From an uncultured Chloroflexia bacterium (GTDB lineage Bacteria > Chloroflexota > Dehalococcoidia > UBA2979), in the NCBI GenBank assembly GCA_963728205.1, contig CAVSIV010000006.1, positions 1,312,001-1,376,000 on the forward strand: a stretch of 64,000 nucleotides of DNA, written 5' to 3'. Positions within the stretch are counted from its first letter, which is position 1, and each line of letters begins with the position of its first letter. Of the stretch, positions 1 to 9,520 are shown piece after piece. The translations under genes and the position numbers were made by a program. The notes beneath the pieces are model-generated. The model saw nothing but the letters and a program-made list of their open reading frames with translations. It searched no databases and was not told the origin of the DNA.

Positions 1-681
1 GTTCTCGTGCGGCACGCGCATGTCGGTGAACGAGAGCTCGGTGGTGTAGTGCGCGCGCAGCACCTGCACGAGGCGCTCGACGCGGAAGCCGGGCGTGTCG
101 GTGTCGACGATGAAGGCGGTGATGCCCTGGCGGCCCCGCGTCGGGTCGGTGCGCACGTAGACGATGCCGTAGTCGGCGGTGTCGGCCCCGGAGTTCCAGA
201 GCTTGCTGCCGTTGATCACCCACTCGTCGCCGTCGCGCACGCCGCGCGTCTGGATCGCGCGCGCCGGGTCGGAGCCGCCGGAGGGCTCGCTGAGGCCGAA
301 GAAGCCGTGCTTCTCGCCGCGGATCGTCGGCCAGAGGTACTTCTCCTTCTGCGCCTCGGTGCCGAAGTAGAGCTGGCCCTGCGGGCCGGAGCCGAAGACG
401 CCGTAGGCCGGGGCGTAGAGGCCGGCGCGGTGCTGCGACAGCTCCTCGGCGATCAGCGTGCGCGTGACGGTGTCGACGCCCGGCCCGCCGTACTCCTCCG
501 GCACGTCCATCTGGTAGAGGCCCATCTCCTTGGTCATCGCGACCAGGCGGTCGCGGTCCGCCGGCGCCAGCGCGAAGGCGTCGGGGTCGAGGTCGGCCTC
601 GAGCGGGCGGATCTCCTCGCGGATGAATCGCCGCACGTTCTGGATGATGAGCTGCTGCGCCTCGCTCAGCTGGAAGTCCAT
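1..681 (-). CDS. Acyl-CoA dehydrogenase (3' end runs off window)
   Basis: Manual translation: MDFQLSEAQQLII...FFGLSEPSGGSDPA...WVINGSKLWNSGA, typical ACAD motifs; absent from ORF track because truncated. Confidence 0.92.
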   Translation of the reverse strand, partial: MDFQLSEAQQLIIQNVRRFIREEIRPLEADLDPDAFALAPADRDRLVAMTKEMGLYQMDVPEEYGGPGVDTVTRTLIAEELSQHRAGLYAPAYGVFGSGPQGQLYFGTEAQKEKYLWPTIRGEKHGFFGLSEPSGGSDPARAIQTRGVRDGDEWVINGSKLWNSGADTADYGIVYVRTDPTRGRQGITAFIVDTDTPGFRVERLVQVLRAHYTTELSFTDMRVPHEN

Positions 682-1094
682 GACGCCCCCTCGCTCTTCC
701 AGTGGTAGCGCCCGAGCGGCGGCAGCGGCTCCGGGTCCTCGCGGTTCGCCGCGGGCAGCTCGCCGTGATCCTCGTGGTAGCGCGAGAGCAGCTCGATCCA
801 GCGGCTGTAGTACATGTGGTTGACCTCGAAGCGGTACGACCGCGCGCGGCCGCGGATCGACGGCAGGTCGACGCCCATGCGCGGGTGCGTCCAGTTCTCG
901 CGCGCCAGCCGCTCCGGCGTCGAGAAGTGCCGGAACAGCTCGCCGCGCAGCCCGAACGGCGAGCGCCCGTCGGCCTTGCCGATGTAGATCACCGCTCCGT
1001 CGGCGTCGGCGAGCTCGTAGACGCCCATCGCGCCGGGCAGCGACCGCGCGGGGATGTCGTCGTCCCACGCGGTCCACGGCTTGCGGATCGGCAT
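666..1094 (-). CDS. Small GIY-YIG-like domain protein
   Basis: GVYEL...IYIGKA...LRGEL...ELL..Y...HGELPAAN pattern; overlaps downstream ACAD start. Confidence 0.65.
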   Translation of the reverse strand: MPIRKPWTAWDDDIPARSLPGAMGVYELADADGAVIYIGKADGRSPFGLRGELFRHFSTPERLARENWTHPRMGVDLPSIRGRARSYRFEVNHMYYSRWIELLSRYHEDHGELPAANREDPEPLPPLGRYHWKSEGASWTSS

Positions 1095-1104
1095 GCGGTG
1101 CCGC

Positions 1105-1548
1105 CTACCCGTCGCCGTCGCGGTCGAGCGTGAAGAAGAGCGCGGCGCGCTCGTCGGTCACGGCCTCGATGCGCGGGTGCACGCGCGCGCCGATGCGCAC
1201 GTCGGCGGGGTCGTCGAACAGCATCGCGGCGAGCATGCGCGGGCCGGCGTCGAGCCGCACGTTCGCGACCGCGTACGGCAGGTGCTCGGCGAAGGCGGGA
1301 TGGTAGCGCTGGTGCACGACGATGAACGAGTACACCTCGCCGCCGCCGTCGACGGCCACCCATTCGAGGTCGGTCGACGGGCACGCGTAGCAGAACGACT
1401 CCGGCGGGTACTGGTGCGCGCCGCAGGCGCGGCAGCGCTGCAGCCGCAGCTCGCCGGCGGCGAGGCCCTCCCAGTACGGGCGGTTGAGTTCGGTGACGTC
1501 CGGGAGCAGGTCGGCGAACGGGACCATCGCGGGGTCGACGGCGGCCAC
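1105..1548 (-). CDS. Zn-ribbon/OB-fold (DUF35, ChsH2-like) thiolase partner
   Basis: PYWEG..AGELRLQRCRACG...CYACP, GEVYSF, PYAVANVRLDAGPRM; GTG start inferred. Confidence 0.9.
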   Translation of the reverse strand: MAAVDPAMVPFADLLPDVTELNRPYWEGLAAGELRLQRCRACGAHQYPPESFCYACPSTDLEWVAVDGGGEVYSFIVVHQRYHPAFAEHLPYAVANVRLDAGPRMLAAMLFDDPADVRIGARVHPRIEAVTDERAALFFTLDRDGDG

Positions 1549-1550
1549 GG

Positions 1551-2690
1551 CTAGCCGCCCTTCGACAGGATCATCGTGGCGTGCGTCGTCATGATGCCGC
1601 CCTGCTGGCTGACGAGGCCGACCTCCGCGCCGTCGACCTGCCGCGGGCCGCCCTCGCGGCGCAGCTGGCGCACGGCCTCGACCACCAGCTGCGTGCCGGG
1701 CATGCCGGTCTCGGAGAGCAGCCCGCCCGAGGTGTTGCACGGCAGCTCGCCGCCGACCCACGTGCGGCGGTCCTCGTAGAACGCGCCGCCCTCGCCCTTC
1801 GCGCAGAAGCCGTAGTCCTCGAGCGTGATCAGCGGGACGACCGTGAAGCAGTCGTAGATCTCGCAGAAGTCGATGTCGGAGGGGCCGAGGCCGGCGGAGC
1901 GGAACGCGGCTTCGCCCGAGACCTTCGCGCCGCTCGTCGTGAGCGTGTCACGGCGGAAGAAGTCCCACGCGGGGTGGCCCTGGCCGAGGCCGTCGACGTA
2001 GACCGGCGCCTTCGCCAGGTCCTTCGCGCGCGCCTCCGTGGTGACGATGTACGCGGCGCCGCCGTCGGAGACGGGGCAGCAGTCGAGCAGGTGGAAGGGC
2101 TCGGCGACCCAGCGCGAGTGCTCGTAGTCCTCGAGCGTGATCTCGTCCTGGAACTGCGCGTTGGGGTTCATGCTCGCGTGGTGGCGGTGGGCGATGGCGA
2201 CGTTCGCGAGCTGCTCGTGGGTCGTGCCGTACTCGTGCATGTGGCGGCGCGCGATCATCGCGTAGGACGACGGCGCGCCGAAGAGGCCGGCGAGCGCGTC
2301 GTCGCCGCGCGGGCGCGCGTAGGAGGCGCGGGTGCCCGTGCGCGGGTTGTCGCCGTACGAGATCGCGATCACTTCGGCCTGGCCGAGCTCGATGGCGCTG
2401 ATCGCGTACTGGATGAGGCCGATGTTGCTGGCGCCGGCCTGGTCGAGCGTGCCCGTCACCTTCGGCACCACGCGCAGCGCCTCCGCGATGCGCGGGGCCC
2501 AGAGCATGGGGAAGGTCGAGGTGGGGGCCTTCGTCAGCACGCCGTCGAGGTCGCTTGCCTCGAGGCCGGCGTCGGCGAGCGCCGCGCGGATCGCGAGCAC
2601 GTTGTGGGCGACCTGCGAGACGCCGGGATTCATCCCGTAGGCGGTGTTGCCGACGCCGACGATGCAGTAGCGCTGGCTCAGGTCGCGCAT
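1551..2690 (-). CDS. SCP2/lipid-transfer-type thiolase family protein (possibly Ltp2-like aldolase)
   Basis: IVGVG, LLDCCPVSDGG, EIYDCFT, NTSGGLLS motifs; adjacent DUF35 gene. Confidence 0.9.
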   Translation of the reverse strand: MRDLSQRYCIVGVGNTAYGMNPGVSQVAHNVLAIRAALADAGLEASDLDGVLTKAPTSTFPMLWAPRIAEALRVVPKVTGTLDQAGASNIGLIQYAISAIELGQAEVIAISYGDNPRTGTRASYARPRGDDALAGLFGAPSSYAMIARRHMHEYGTTHEQLANVAIAHRHHASMNPNAQFQDEITLEDYEHSRWVAEPFHLLDCCPVSDGGAAYIVTTEARAKDLAKAPVYVDGLGQGHPAWDFFRRDTLTTSGAKVSGEAAFRSAGLGPSDIDFCEIYDCFTVVPLITLEDYGFCAKGEGGAFYEDRRTWVGGELPCNTSGGLLSETGMPGTQLVVEAVRQLRREGGPRQVDGAEVGLVSQQGGIMTTHATMILSKGG

Positions 2691-2820
2691 GCGGACCACG
2701 CGTGATCGCCTTCCCGTGCGGAGGGGGTCGCAGGGGCTCTTATACTCCGCGCCACCCGGCGGTGTCATGGCGACCTCCGGCGCGCGGCAGGCGGGGCGGC
2801 CGCGTTGGGACGTCGGCCGA

Positions 2821-2902
2821 CACAGCGGCGGCGTGTCTGCGACCAGGGGTCGCGGCCCCCAGGGGCCGCGCTGGCGTCGGCGGCGTGTCTGCCGCCGCTT
2901 GA
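2821..2902. repeat. REP-like family A, degenerate inverted doublet
   Basis: GTCGGCGGCGTGTCTGCCGCCGCT at 2876-2899, degenerate inverted copy near 2821-2843. Confidence 0.75.
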
Positions 2903-2931
2903 CGACGACGTTTCATCGGAGGAGCGGCCGT

Positions 2932-4125
2932 ATGCCGGGAGCGCTCGACGGGATCCGCGTCCTCGACCTCGCGCAGGGGAGTTTCGCGTTCGCCGGGAAG
3001 GTGCTCGCGGGGCTGGGGGCGGACGTCGTGAAGGTGGAGCCGCCGGGAGGCGACCCGCTGCGCGCGTGGCCGCCGTTCCCGGGCGACGCGCCCGACCCCG
3101 AGACCGGCGCGCGGCACCTGCACCTCGACACCGGCAAGCGCAGCGTCGTCGTCGACCTGGAGAGCGACGCGGGCCGCGACCTGCTGCGGCGGCTGGTCGC
3201 CGCGAGCGACGCGCTGATCGAGAGCTTCGAGCCCGGCTACCTGGCCGCGCGCGGGCTCGGCTACGACGACCTGCTCGCGACGCGGCCCGATCTCGTGATG
3301 GCGTCGATCACGCACTTCGGGCAGGACGGGCCGTACGCCGGCTATCGCGGCGCGGAGATCGTCGACGTCGCGCTGGGCGGCTATCTCAAGCTGACCGGCG
3401 ATCCCGACCGCGAGCCGGTGAAGCCGTACGACGATCTCGTGCTGCAGCACACGGCGCTGCACGCGGCGGTCGCCGTGGTCGCCGGGCTCGCGCACCGCGA
3501 CGCCACCGGCGAGGGCGACTGGTTCGACGTCTCGGCGCAGGAGGCGGCGCTCTTCCTGCTCGGCGGCGTCGCGCAGGCGTACCACTTCGACGGCATCGTT
3601 CCGCGCCGCGCGGGTGCGCGGCTGATGTTCACGAACCCGCGCTACGCCTACCCGTCGACGATCCGGCCGTGCAAGGACGGCTACGTCCACGCGCACTCGA
3701 ACAACCGGCACATCGATCTGCTCGCGGCGCTGATGCCCGACGCCGGCCTGGAGCCGCTGCTCGACACGCCGATGGGCAACGCGGACGCGATCGACGCGGC
3801 GATGGACGGATGGCTGGCCGAGCACGACAAGTTCGACGTCGTGCGCCGCGCCCAGGAGCTGCGGTTGCCGTTCACCGAGGTGCTCACGCCCGAGGAGATC
3901 CTGCGCGACCCGCACCTCGCGGCGCGCGGGTTCCTCGTGGAGATCGCGCATCCGGCGGCGCCGGCGCTGCGGCAGCCGGGCGCGGCCGCGCAGTTGAGCG
4001 CGACGCCGTGGCGCGTGGAGCGCGCGCCGCTGGTCGGCGAGCAGACGCGCGACGTGCTCGGCGGGCTGCTCGGCCTCGGCGACGACGAGATCGCGCGGCT
4101 GCGCGAGGCGGGGGTGGTCGCGTGA
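2932..4125 (+). CDS. CaiB/BaiF family III CoA-transferase subunit
   Basis: ALDGIRVLDL, LGADVVKVEPPGGDPLR, GKRSVVVDL, SITHFGQDGPY. Confidence 0.93.
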   Translation: MPGALDGIRVLDLAQGSFAFAGKVLAGLGADVVKVEPPGGDPLRAWPPFPGDAPDPETGARHLHLDTGKRSVVVDLESDAGRDLLRRLVAASDALIESFEPGYLAARGLGYDDLLATRPDLVMASITHFGQDGPYAGYRGAEIVDVALGGYLKLTGDPDREPVKPYDDLVLQHTALHAAVAVVAGLAHRDATGEGDWFDVSAQEAALFLLGGVAQAYHFDGIVPRRAGARLMFTNPRYAYPSTIRPCKDGYVHAHSNNRHIDLLAALMPDAGLEPLLDTPMGNADAIDAAMDGWLAEHDKFDVVRRAQELRLPFTEVLTPEEILRDPHLAARGFLVEIAHPAAPALRQPGAAAQLSATPWRVERAPLVGEQTRDVLGGLLGLGDDEIARLREAGVVA

Positions 4126-5560
4126 GCGGGCCGCTCGCCGGGGTGCGCGTGCTCGAGCTGACGACGGCGGTCGCGGGGCCGGTCGCGGGCTGCACGCTCG
4201 CCGATCTCGGCGCGGAGGTGATCAAGATCGAGGCGCCGAACGCGCGCGCGGCCGCGCACGCCGCGGCGCCGCCCCCGGTGGAGGGCGCGCCCGACCACCC
4301 GTGGAACCGCGCGCCGTTCTTCAACGACCTGCATCGCGGCAAGCGGCTGCTGAACATGGACCTGGCGCATCCGGAGGGGCGCGCGCTGTTCCTGCGGCTC
4401 GTGTCGATCAGCGACGTCGTGCTCGAGAACTTCTCGCCGCGCGTGCTCGGCAATCTCGGCATCGACTACCCGCAATTGTGCGAGGTGCGCCCCGACATCG
4501 TGCTGGTGTCGATGCCCGCCTTCGGCAAGAGCGGCCCGTACGCGACGCGCTCGTCGTACGGGCCGGGCATCGACGCGATGAGCGGGCTGTCGCACCTCAC
4601 CGGCTACCCCGACCGCGGGCCCGGCAAGCCGGCGCAGTTCTATTGCGACTACAGCGCCGGCCTCACCGCCGCGCTCGTGACGATGGCCGCGCTCCGGCAC
4701 CGCCGCCGCACGGGCGAGGGCCAGCGGATCGAGCTGTCGATGCTCGAGGGCGAGATGCAGCTGATCGCTCCGGCGCTGATGGACGTCGAGATGAACGGCC
4801 GCGTGCCGTCTCGCGCCGGCAACCGGGACGCGCGGTACGCGCCGCAGGGCGTGTACCGCTGCGGGGCTGGTGGTGACGCCGGGATACCCGGCGGGGCTGC
4901 TGGTGACGCCGGGATACCCGGCGGGGCCGCAGGTGGCACCGGGATACCCGGCGGGGCGCAGGTGGCGCCGGGATACCCGGCGGGGCTGCTGGTGACGCCG
5001 GGATACCCGGCGGGGCTGCTGGTGACGCCGGGATACCCGGCGGGGCTGCTGGTGACGCCGGGATACCCGGCGGGGACGCGTGGGTGGCGATCTCGGTGCA
5101 GGACGACGCGCAGTGGCGCGCGCTGGCCGCCGCGATCGGCCGGGCGGACCTCGCGGCGGACGCGGCGTACGCGGCGCTCGACGGGCGGCGCGCGCGTCAC
5201 GACGAGATCGACGCGCTGATCGCGGCGTGGACGGCGCAGCGCGAGCCGCGCGCGGCGATGGCGGCACTCCAGGCGGCCGGCGTGCCCTCCGGCGCGGTGC
5301 TCGACGTCGCGGAGGTCTTCCGCGACCCGCAGCTCCTGCATCGCGAGGCGTTCGCGTGGCAGCCGCACCCCGAGATGGGCCCGTTCCCGCACAGCCGCAC
5401 GGCGTGGCGATCGCGGCGCGCCCACCAGGGCGTCGCCGGCCCGGCCCCGCTGTACGGCGAGGCGAACGCGTACGCGCTGACGCTGCTCGGCGAGCCTGCG
5501 CACCGCGTCGCCGCGCTCACGGCGGACGGCGTGCTCGCGACGGAGCCGCGCGGCGGGTAG
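4122..5560 (+). CDS. CaiB/BaiF family III CoA-transferase, frameshifted within an internal tandem repeat (~4957)
   Basis: GTG start overlapping upstream stop; PLAGVRVLEL, LADLGAEVIKIE, ENFSPRVL, APQGVYRC; continues as WVAISVQDDAQW in ORF 5084-5560. Confidence 0.88.
4861..5075. repeat. Intragenic tandem array of 7 x 30-bp palindromic units
   Basis: Unit GCGGGGCTGCTGGTGACGCCGGGATACCCG; hairpin CGCCGGG-ATA-CCCGGCG spans unit junctions; 4th unit is 29 bp. Confidence 0.95.
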
Positions 5561-5596
5561 CGGCCCGGACGGGCCTCGTCCGATATCCTGCGCGCC

Positions 5597-6085
5597 ATGG
5601 CGGACCTGATCGAGGACCTCTTCCGGCAGAACGAGTGGGCGAACCTGCGGCTGATCGAGGCGTGTCGCGGGCTGACCGACGAGCAGCTCGACGCGGCCGG
5701 GGTCGGCGCGTTCGGGTCGATCCGGCAGACGCTGATGCACCTCGTGGGGTCGGAGGCGGCGTACGTGCGGCGCCTCGGCGGGCAGCCGGCGCCCGCGTTC
5801 GAGCGCGGGCAGGCGTGGCCGGGGTTCGACGCGGTGGAGGCGGTGGCGCGCGCGGGTGCGACGGGGCTGATCGAGCGCGCCGCCACGCTGAACGTGATGC
5901 CCGAGTCGTACGACGACGGCGAGGGCTACGACATCGACCGCACGGTGGTCCTGGTGCAGGCGATGGACCACAGCACCGAGCACCGCGGCCAGATCTGCAC
6001 GATCCTCACGAGCATCGGCGTCGAGCCGCCGGCGCTCGACGGCTGGACGTGGGGCGAGGACACCGGGCGCATCAGGCCGAGGTAG
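5597..6085 (+). CDS. DinB/YfiT family metalloprotein
   Basis: N.WANLRL, GSIRQTLMHL, HSTEHRGQI metal-binding His pattern. Confidence 0.9.
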   Translation: MADLIEDLFRQNEWANLRLIEACRGLTDEQLDAAGVGAFGSIRQTLMHLVGSEAAYVRRLGGQPAPAFERGQAWPGFDAVEAVARAGATGLIERAATLNVMPESYDDGEGYDIDRTVVLVQAMDHSTEHRGQICTILTSIGVEPPALDGWTWGEDTGRIRPR

Positions 6086-6147
6086 CGCCGTCGCAACCGC
6101 GGCTCGCGCCCCGAGGGCCGAGCCGCCGCTCGTGGCTGTGCGGCCGG

Positions 6148-6181
6148 CGGCCGGGGATCGCCCATCGGCGATCCCCGGCCG
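6148..6181. terminator. 15-bp-stem hairpin between convergent genes
   Basis: CGGCCGGGGATCGCC-CATC-GGCGATCCCCGGCCG; no U-tract. Confidence 0.55.
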
Positions 6182-6209
6182 CGCGGCGTTCAGCGCCGCA
6201 TGGCCCGCA

Positions 6210-8033
6210 TCACTGCGGCTTCGGCGGGACGAGGCAGGTGACGGCGGGCGAGGTGTTGCCCGCTCCGTCGACCGCCGTGACGACGGCGTCGCCGGTCCCG
6301 ATGATGTGAACGCTCACGGCCCCGGCCTGGCCGGACGACGAGCCCATGAGCTGGGCGCTCGGCGTGGCGTCGGGGTCCTGGGTGTACTTGATGTTCGTGC
6401 CGACGGCGTACGGGCCGAAGACCGTCCCGCCCCCGCTGTCGGTGACGAAGATCTGGATGCCGTCGGCGCCCCAGACCGCGTCGGTCCCGCCGAGGCTGTA
6501 GAAGCCGTCAGGGTTCACGGGGCCGTTCGTCGTCGTGCCCGGCGGCGTGGTCCCCGCCGGCGGCGTCTTCTGACCGTGCGGGTTCACCGACTCCACGCAC
6601 GCAGCCGTCGGCAGCGACGCGTCGACCCAGTCCTTCGTGACCTGCTCGCTGTCGGTCTCGCCCGCGGGCGTGCCCAGCGTCACGCTCGCGTCGATCGTGT
6701 CGGTGCCGAGGCTCGACGGCGCGACGGGCACCGAGTAGGTGAACGTCACGACGCCGGACGCGTCCGTCTTGCAGTCCGCCGGCGCGCAGGTGCCGGTCGC
6801 ACCCGCGTTCTGGCCGCCCACCGTGAACGCGACGAGGTAGCCTCCCACGCTCCCCGCGGGGCCGTTGAGGGTGGCCGTCACCGTGTGCTCACTCGTCGTC
6901 CCGAGGTCGTTGGTGGCGGTGGCGGGCGACAGCACGAGGTCGTAGATCCCGACGGTCACGCACGTCGTCGTGTCCGCTGAGCCGCCGGTGACGTCGGTGC
7001 CGGAGGCGGTGACGCAGAGTTCGTGAGTGCCGGGGTTGAGGCCGGCCGTCTGCGTCGAGTAGCTCACGCTCTGCGGCCCGCCCTGCGGGAGGTCCGGCGT
7101 GATGTCCGCGTTCGAGATCGTCGTCGGCGTGCCGCCGTCGACGCTGAGCGCGAGCGTGGTCAGCGTCGATCCGATCAGGTTCGGGATCAGGTCGGGCAGG
7201 GTGTTGAGGTCGGGCACGTAGGTGCAGGTGCCGCCGTTCCCGGCGACATCCGCCAGGTCGCCCGCGGAGCCGCCGGTGCAGGCGCTCGAGCTGCCGATGG
7301 CGAGGGTGTTCACCACGGCGCCGGTGGCGAGCACCGCGTTCCGGGCGGCCGCGAAGCCGGCGCCGCCAAGGTTGCTCAGGCCGTCAGAGGCGAACACGAC
7401 CAGTTTCGCCGGGTCGGAGCTGGCGTTCAGCACGGCGAGCGTCTGCTGCAGCGCCGCTGTGTAGTTGGTCGCGCCCGCGGAGCCCGACTTCGCGGTGTAC
7501 TGCCCCACGACGTAGTTCGAGCCGCTGAGCGACACGGAGCTGATCACCGTGTTTCCGTCGCCGGGCGCGCCGAGGGGCGCGTCGCCGGTCGATGGCGTCA
7601 TGTCGGCGGTCCGGGCGTCGGCGCCGAAGGCGACGAACCCGATCTGGTGCACCGAGCCGCTGGCGGCGGCGCTGCTGTTCAGGCTCGTGAAGAACGTCTT
7701 CTCGCACTGCAGGCGTGTGCCGCACGCGCCCGCGCTGGCACCGGTGCTGGCGGAGGCGTCGAGCACGTAGACGATCGTCGCCTGTGGCGCGCCGACGCCG
7801 ATGCTGGCGGTCCCGCTCACGGTGACCGGTACGGGGGCCCCATCCGCGAGGATCTGCGTGCCCGCGACGGGGCTGTCGAGGCTGACCGCGAGCGTTGCGC
7901 CGTTGGGCAGCGTTGCACTGCTCGAGCCTGCGAACGCCGCCGATCCGCCCAGCATGAACGACAGGGCGACTGCAAAGACTGCGAGCACCATCGCCGCCGG
8001 CCAGGCGGAGATGATGTGCTGTTTCCGGATCAC
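6210..8033 (-). CDS. Secreted vWA-domain protein with Ig-like (Big-1-like) domains
   Basis: Signal peptide, MIDAS-like YVLDASAS...TNYTAAL...FASDG, CKTDASGVVTFTY Ig-like segment. Confidence 0.85.
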   Translation of the reverse strand: MIRKQHIISAWPAAMVLAVFAVALSFMLGGSAAFAGSSSATLPNGATLAVSLDSPVAGTQILADGAPVPVTVSGTASIGVGAPQATIVYVLDASASTGASAGACGTRLQCEKTFFTSLNSSAAASGSVHQIGFVAFGADARTADMTPSTGDAPLGAPGDGNTVISSVSLSGSNYVVGQYTAKSGSAGATNYTAALQQTLAVLNASSDPAKLVVFASDGLSNLGGAGFAAARNAVLATGAVVNTLAIGSSSACTGGSAGDLADVAGNGGTCTYVPDLNTLPDLIPNLIGSTLTTLALSVDGGTPTTISNADITPDLPQGGPQSVSYSTQTAGLNPGTHELCVTASGTDVTGGSADTTTCVTVGIYDLVLSPATATNDLGTTSEHTVTATLNGPAGSVGGYLVAFTVGGQNAGATGTCAPADCKTDASGVVTFTYSVPVAPSSLGTDTIDASVTLGTPAGETDSEQVTKDWVDASLPTAACVESVNPHGQKTPPAGTTPPGTTTNGPVNPDGFYSLGGTDAVWGADGIQIFVTDSGGGTVFGPYAVGTNIKYTQDPDATPSAQLMGSSSGQAGAVSVHIIGTGDAVVTAVDGAGNTSPAVTCLVPPKPQ

Positions 8034-8367
8034 GATGTTTCCTCCCCATACCCGGCCCTGGCGGCGTCCGATCCCGTCGGGAGATTCCCTCGTCTACAGC
8101 GGCGCATCCCCCCTTCTCGTGGCGATGAAGCGTGCGCAGTCTCTCACGCAGGATGTGTCCAGGTGTCGCCGAGAGAGGCGCGATACAAACGTTGTTGTCG
8201 ACTCTTCGTCAAGCGCGACAGGGACGACTATCAGAAGAGGTATAGGAATTGCGGGCGAAGTGTACGGACGATGAGCCCGCTCCCGGGCGTGGCTTGTGCT
8301 CCCCGGCTGCTGCGCCGCGCCGTACCATCGGCTCTGCGCAGAGGCGCGAACGGCAGGAGGACGACCG

Positions 8368-9264
8368 ATGGGCAACATCGTCGCAGTCGACGAGCAGACC
8401 GGGCGCAAGTTCTTCCTCGACGAGCCCGACGACCTGCAACCCGGCGAGGAGGTGACGTTCCTCCTGAACCTCCACGGCGGCGGCTCCGTCGGGATGTGGC
8501 AGCGCCAGTACTTTCCCGCCTTCCACTACGCGAACCGGTATCGGCTCGTGATCGCGACGCCGTCGGCGGCGACGAAGGAGCCGTCGCGGCGGTGGGTCGG
8601 GGAGGCGGACGACGCTCACCTGCGCAACATCGTCAACTCCGTGTTCGCGAAGTACGGGCTCGAGCACATCCGCGCGTTCTGGCTTGTCGGGCACTCGCAG
8701 GGCGGGATGACGTCGAACCGGCTGCTTGGCGACGACTTCTTCAAGGAACGCGTCGATGGATGGCTGAGCCTGTCGGGCGGCCGCATCGGGCCGATCGAGA
8801 TCCCGGAGTCGTTCTTCCGTCCGGGCGTGCCGCGGCCGCCGCGGCCGGCCGGCGACAGCGGGCCGCGGCCGGGTCGCGCGAGCACGCCGGATGCGGACAT
8901 CTCGTTCATCTTCGCGAGCGGCGAGCACGAGATGGTCGCTCTGCCGGAGACCTCGCCGTGGGCCGAGAAGTACGGCGCGGGGCCGCGGATGCGCCTGCCG
9001 GACGTGGTCGACGAGGAGCCCGGCCAGATCTACGACACGACGAGCGAAGGCAAGTCGACGCCGGCCTGGGGGCTGCGTGCGCGGCCGGGCACGGCGCAGG
9101 TCTACGCCTACCCCGGAGCGCGCGACGGTCGGGTGATCGCCGACGTCGTGCGGCTGGACAAGGGCCACACCGAGGGCCTGGAGCCGCGCATCACGGAGAC
9201 GCTGATCAGGATGCTGGTCGAGGCGCCGGGCGGAAAAGCGCGCCGCGCAGGCGCCGCCGGCTAG
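8368..9264 (+). CDS. Alpha/beta-hydrolase fold protein
   Basis: LNLHGGGS oxyanion region, GHSQGG nucleophile elbow, C-terminal GH; RBS AGGAGG upstream. Confidence 0.85.
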   Translation: MGNIVAVDEQTGRKFFLDEPDDLQPGEEVTFLLNLHGGGSVGMWQRQYFPAFHYANRYRLVIATPSAATKEPSRRWVGEADDAHLRNIVNSVFAKYGLEHIRAFWLVGHSQGGMTSNRLLGDDFFKERVDGWLSLSGGRIGPIEIPESFFRPGVPRPPRPAGDSGPRPGRASTPDADISFIFASGEHEMVALPETSPWAEKYGAGPRMRLPDVVDEEPGQIYDTTSEGKSTPAWGLRARPGTAQVYAYPGARDGRVIADVVRLDKGHTEGLEPRITETLIRMLVEAPGGKARRAGAAG

Positions 9265-9460
9265 CGCGCGGGCCGGGGCGCGGCGGGCGCGCATCGCCCG
9301 GCATCCCGGCTCGCATCACGGCGCCAGGGGGCCGACCGCCTCGAGATAGTCGCGCAGGGCACGGTCGTAGCGATTCGGATCGAGGTTCCAGGCCACGCGG
9401 ATTGACGGTCCATGGTCGGGACGGCGCGAGTTGCTGCGCGGGCCACCGCGCTGGACGAAG

Positions 9461-9506
9461 ACGACGATGGGGGCGGCTCGGCGCGCCGAGCCGCCCCCAT
9501 CGTCGT
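9461..9506. terminator. Perfect 46-bp palindrome between convergent genes
   Basis: ACGACGATGGGGGCGGCTCGGCGCGCCGAGCCGCCCCCATCGTCGT, 15 bp past the SBP stop. Confidence 0.6.
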
Positions 9507-9520
9507 GGTTGCTGCGACTC

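Noticed and set aside
4861-5075. 30-bp repeats as a CRISPR array
   Set aside because: Units are directly adjacent with no unique spacers, lie inside a CDS, and no cas genes are present
8040-8360. Riboswitch or ncRNA in the long divergent intergenic region
   Set aside because: No recognisable aptamer consensus; only promoter-like A/T-rich patches
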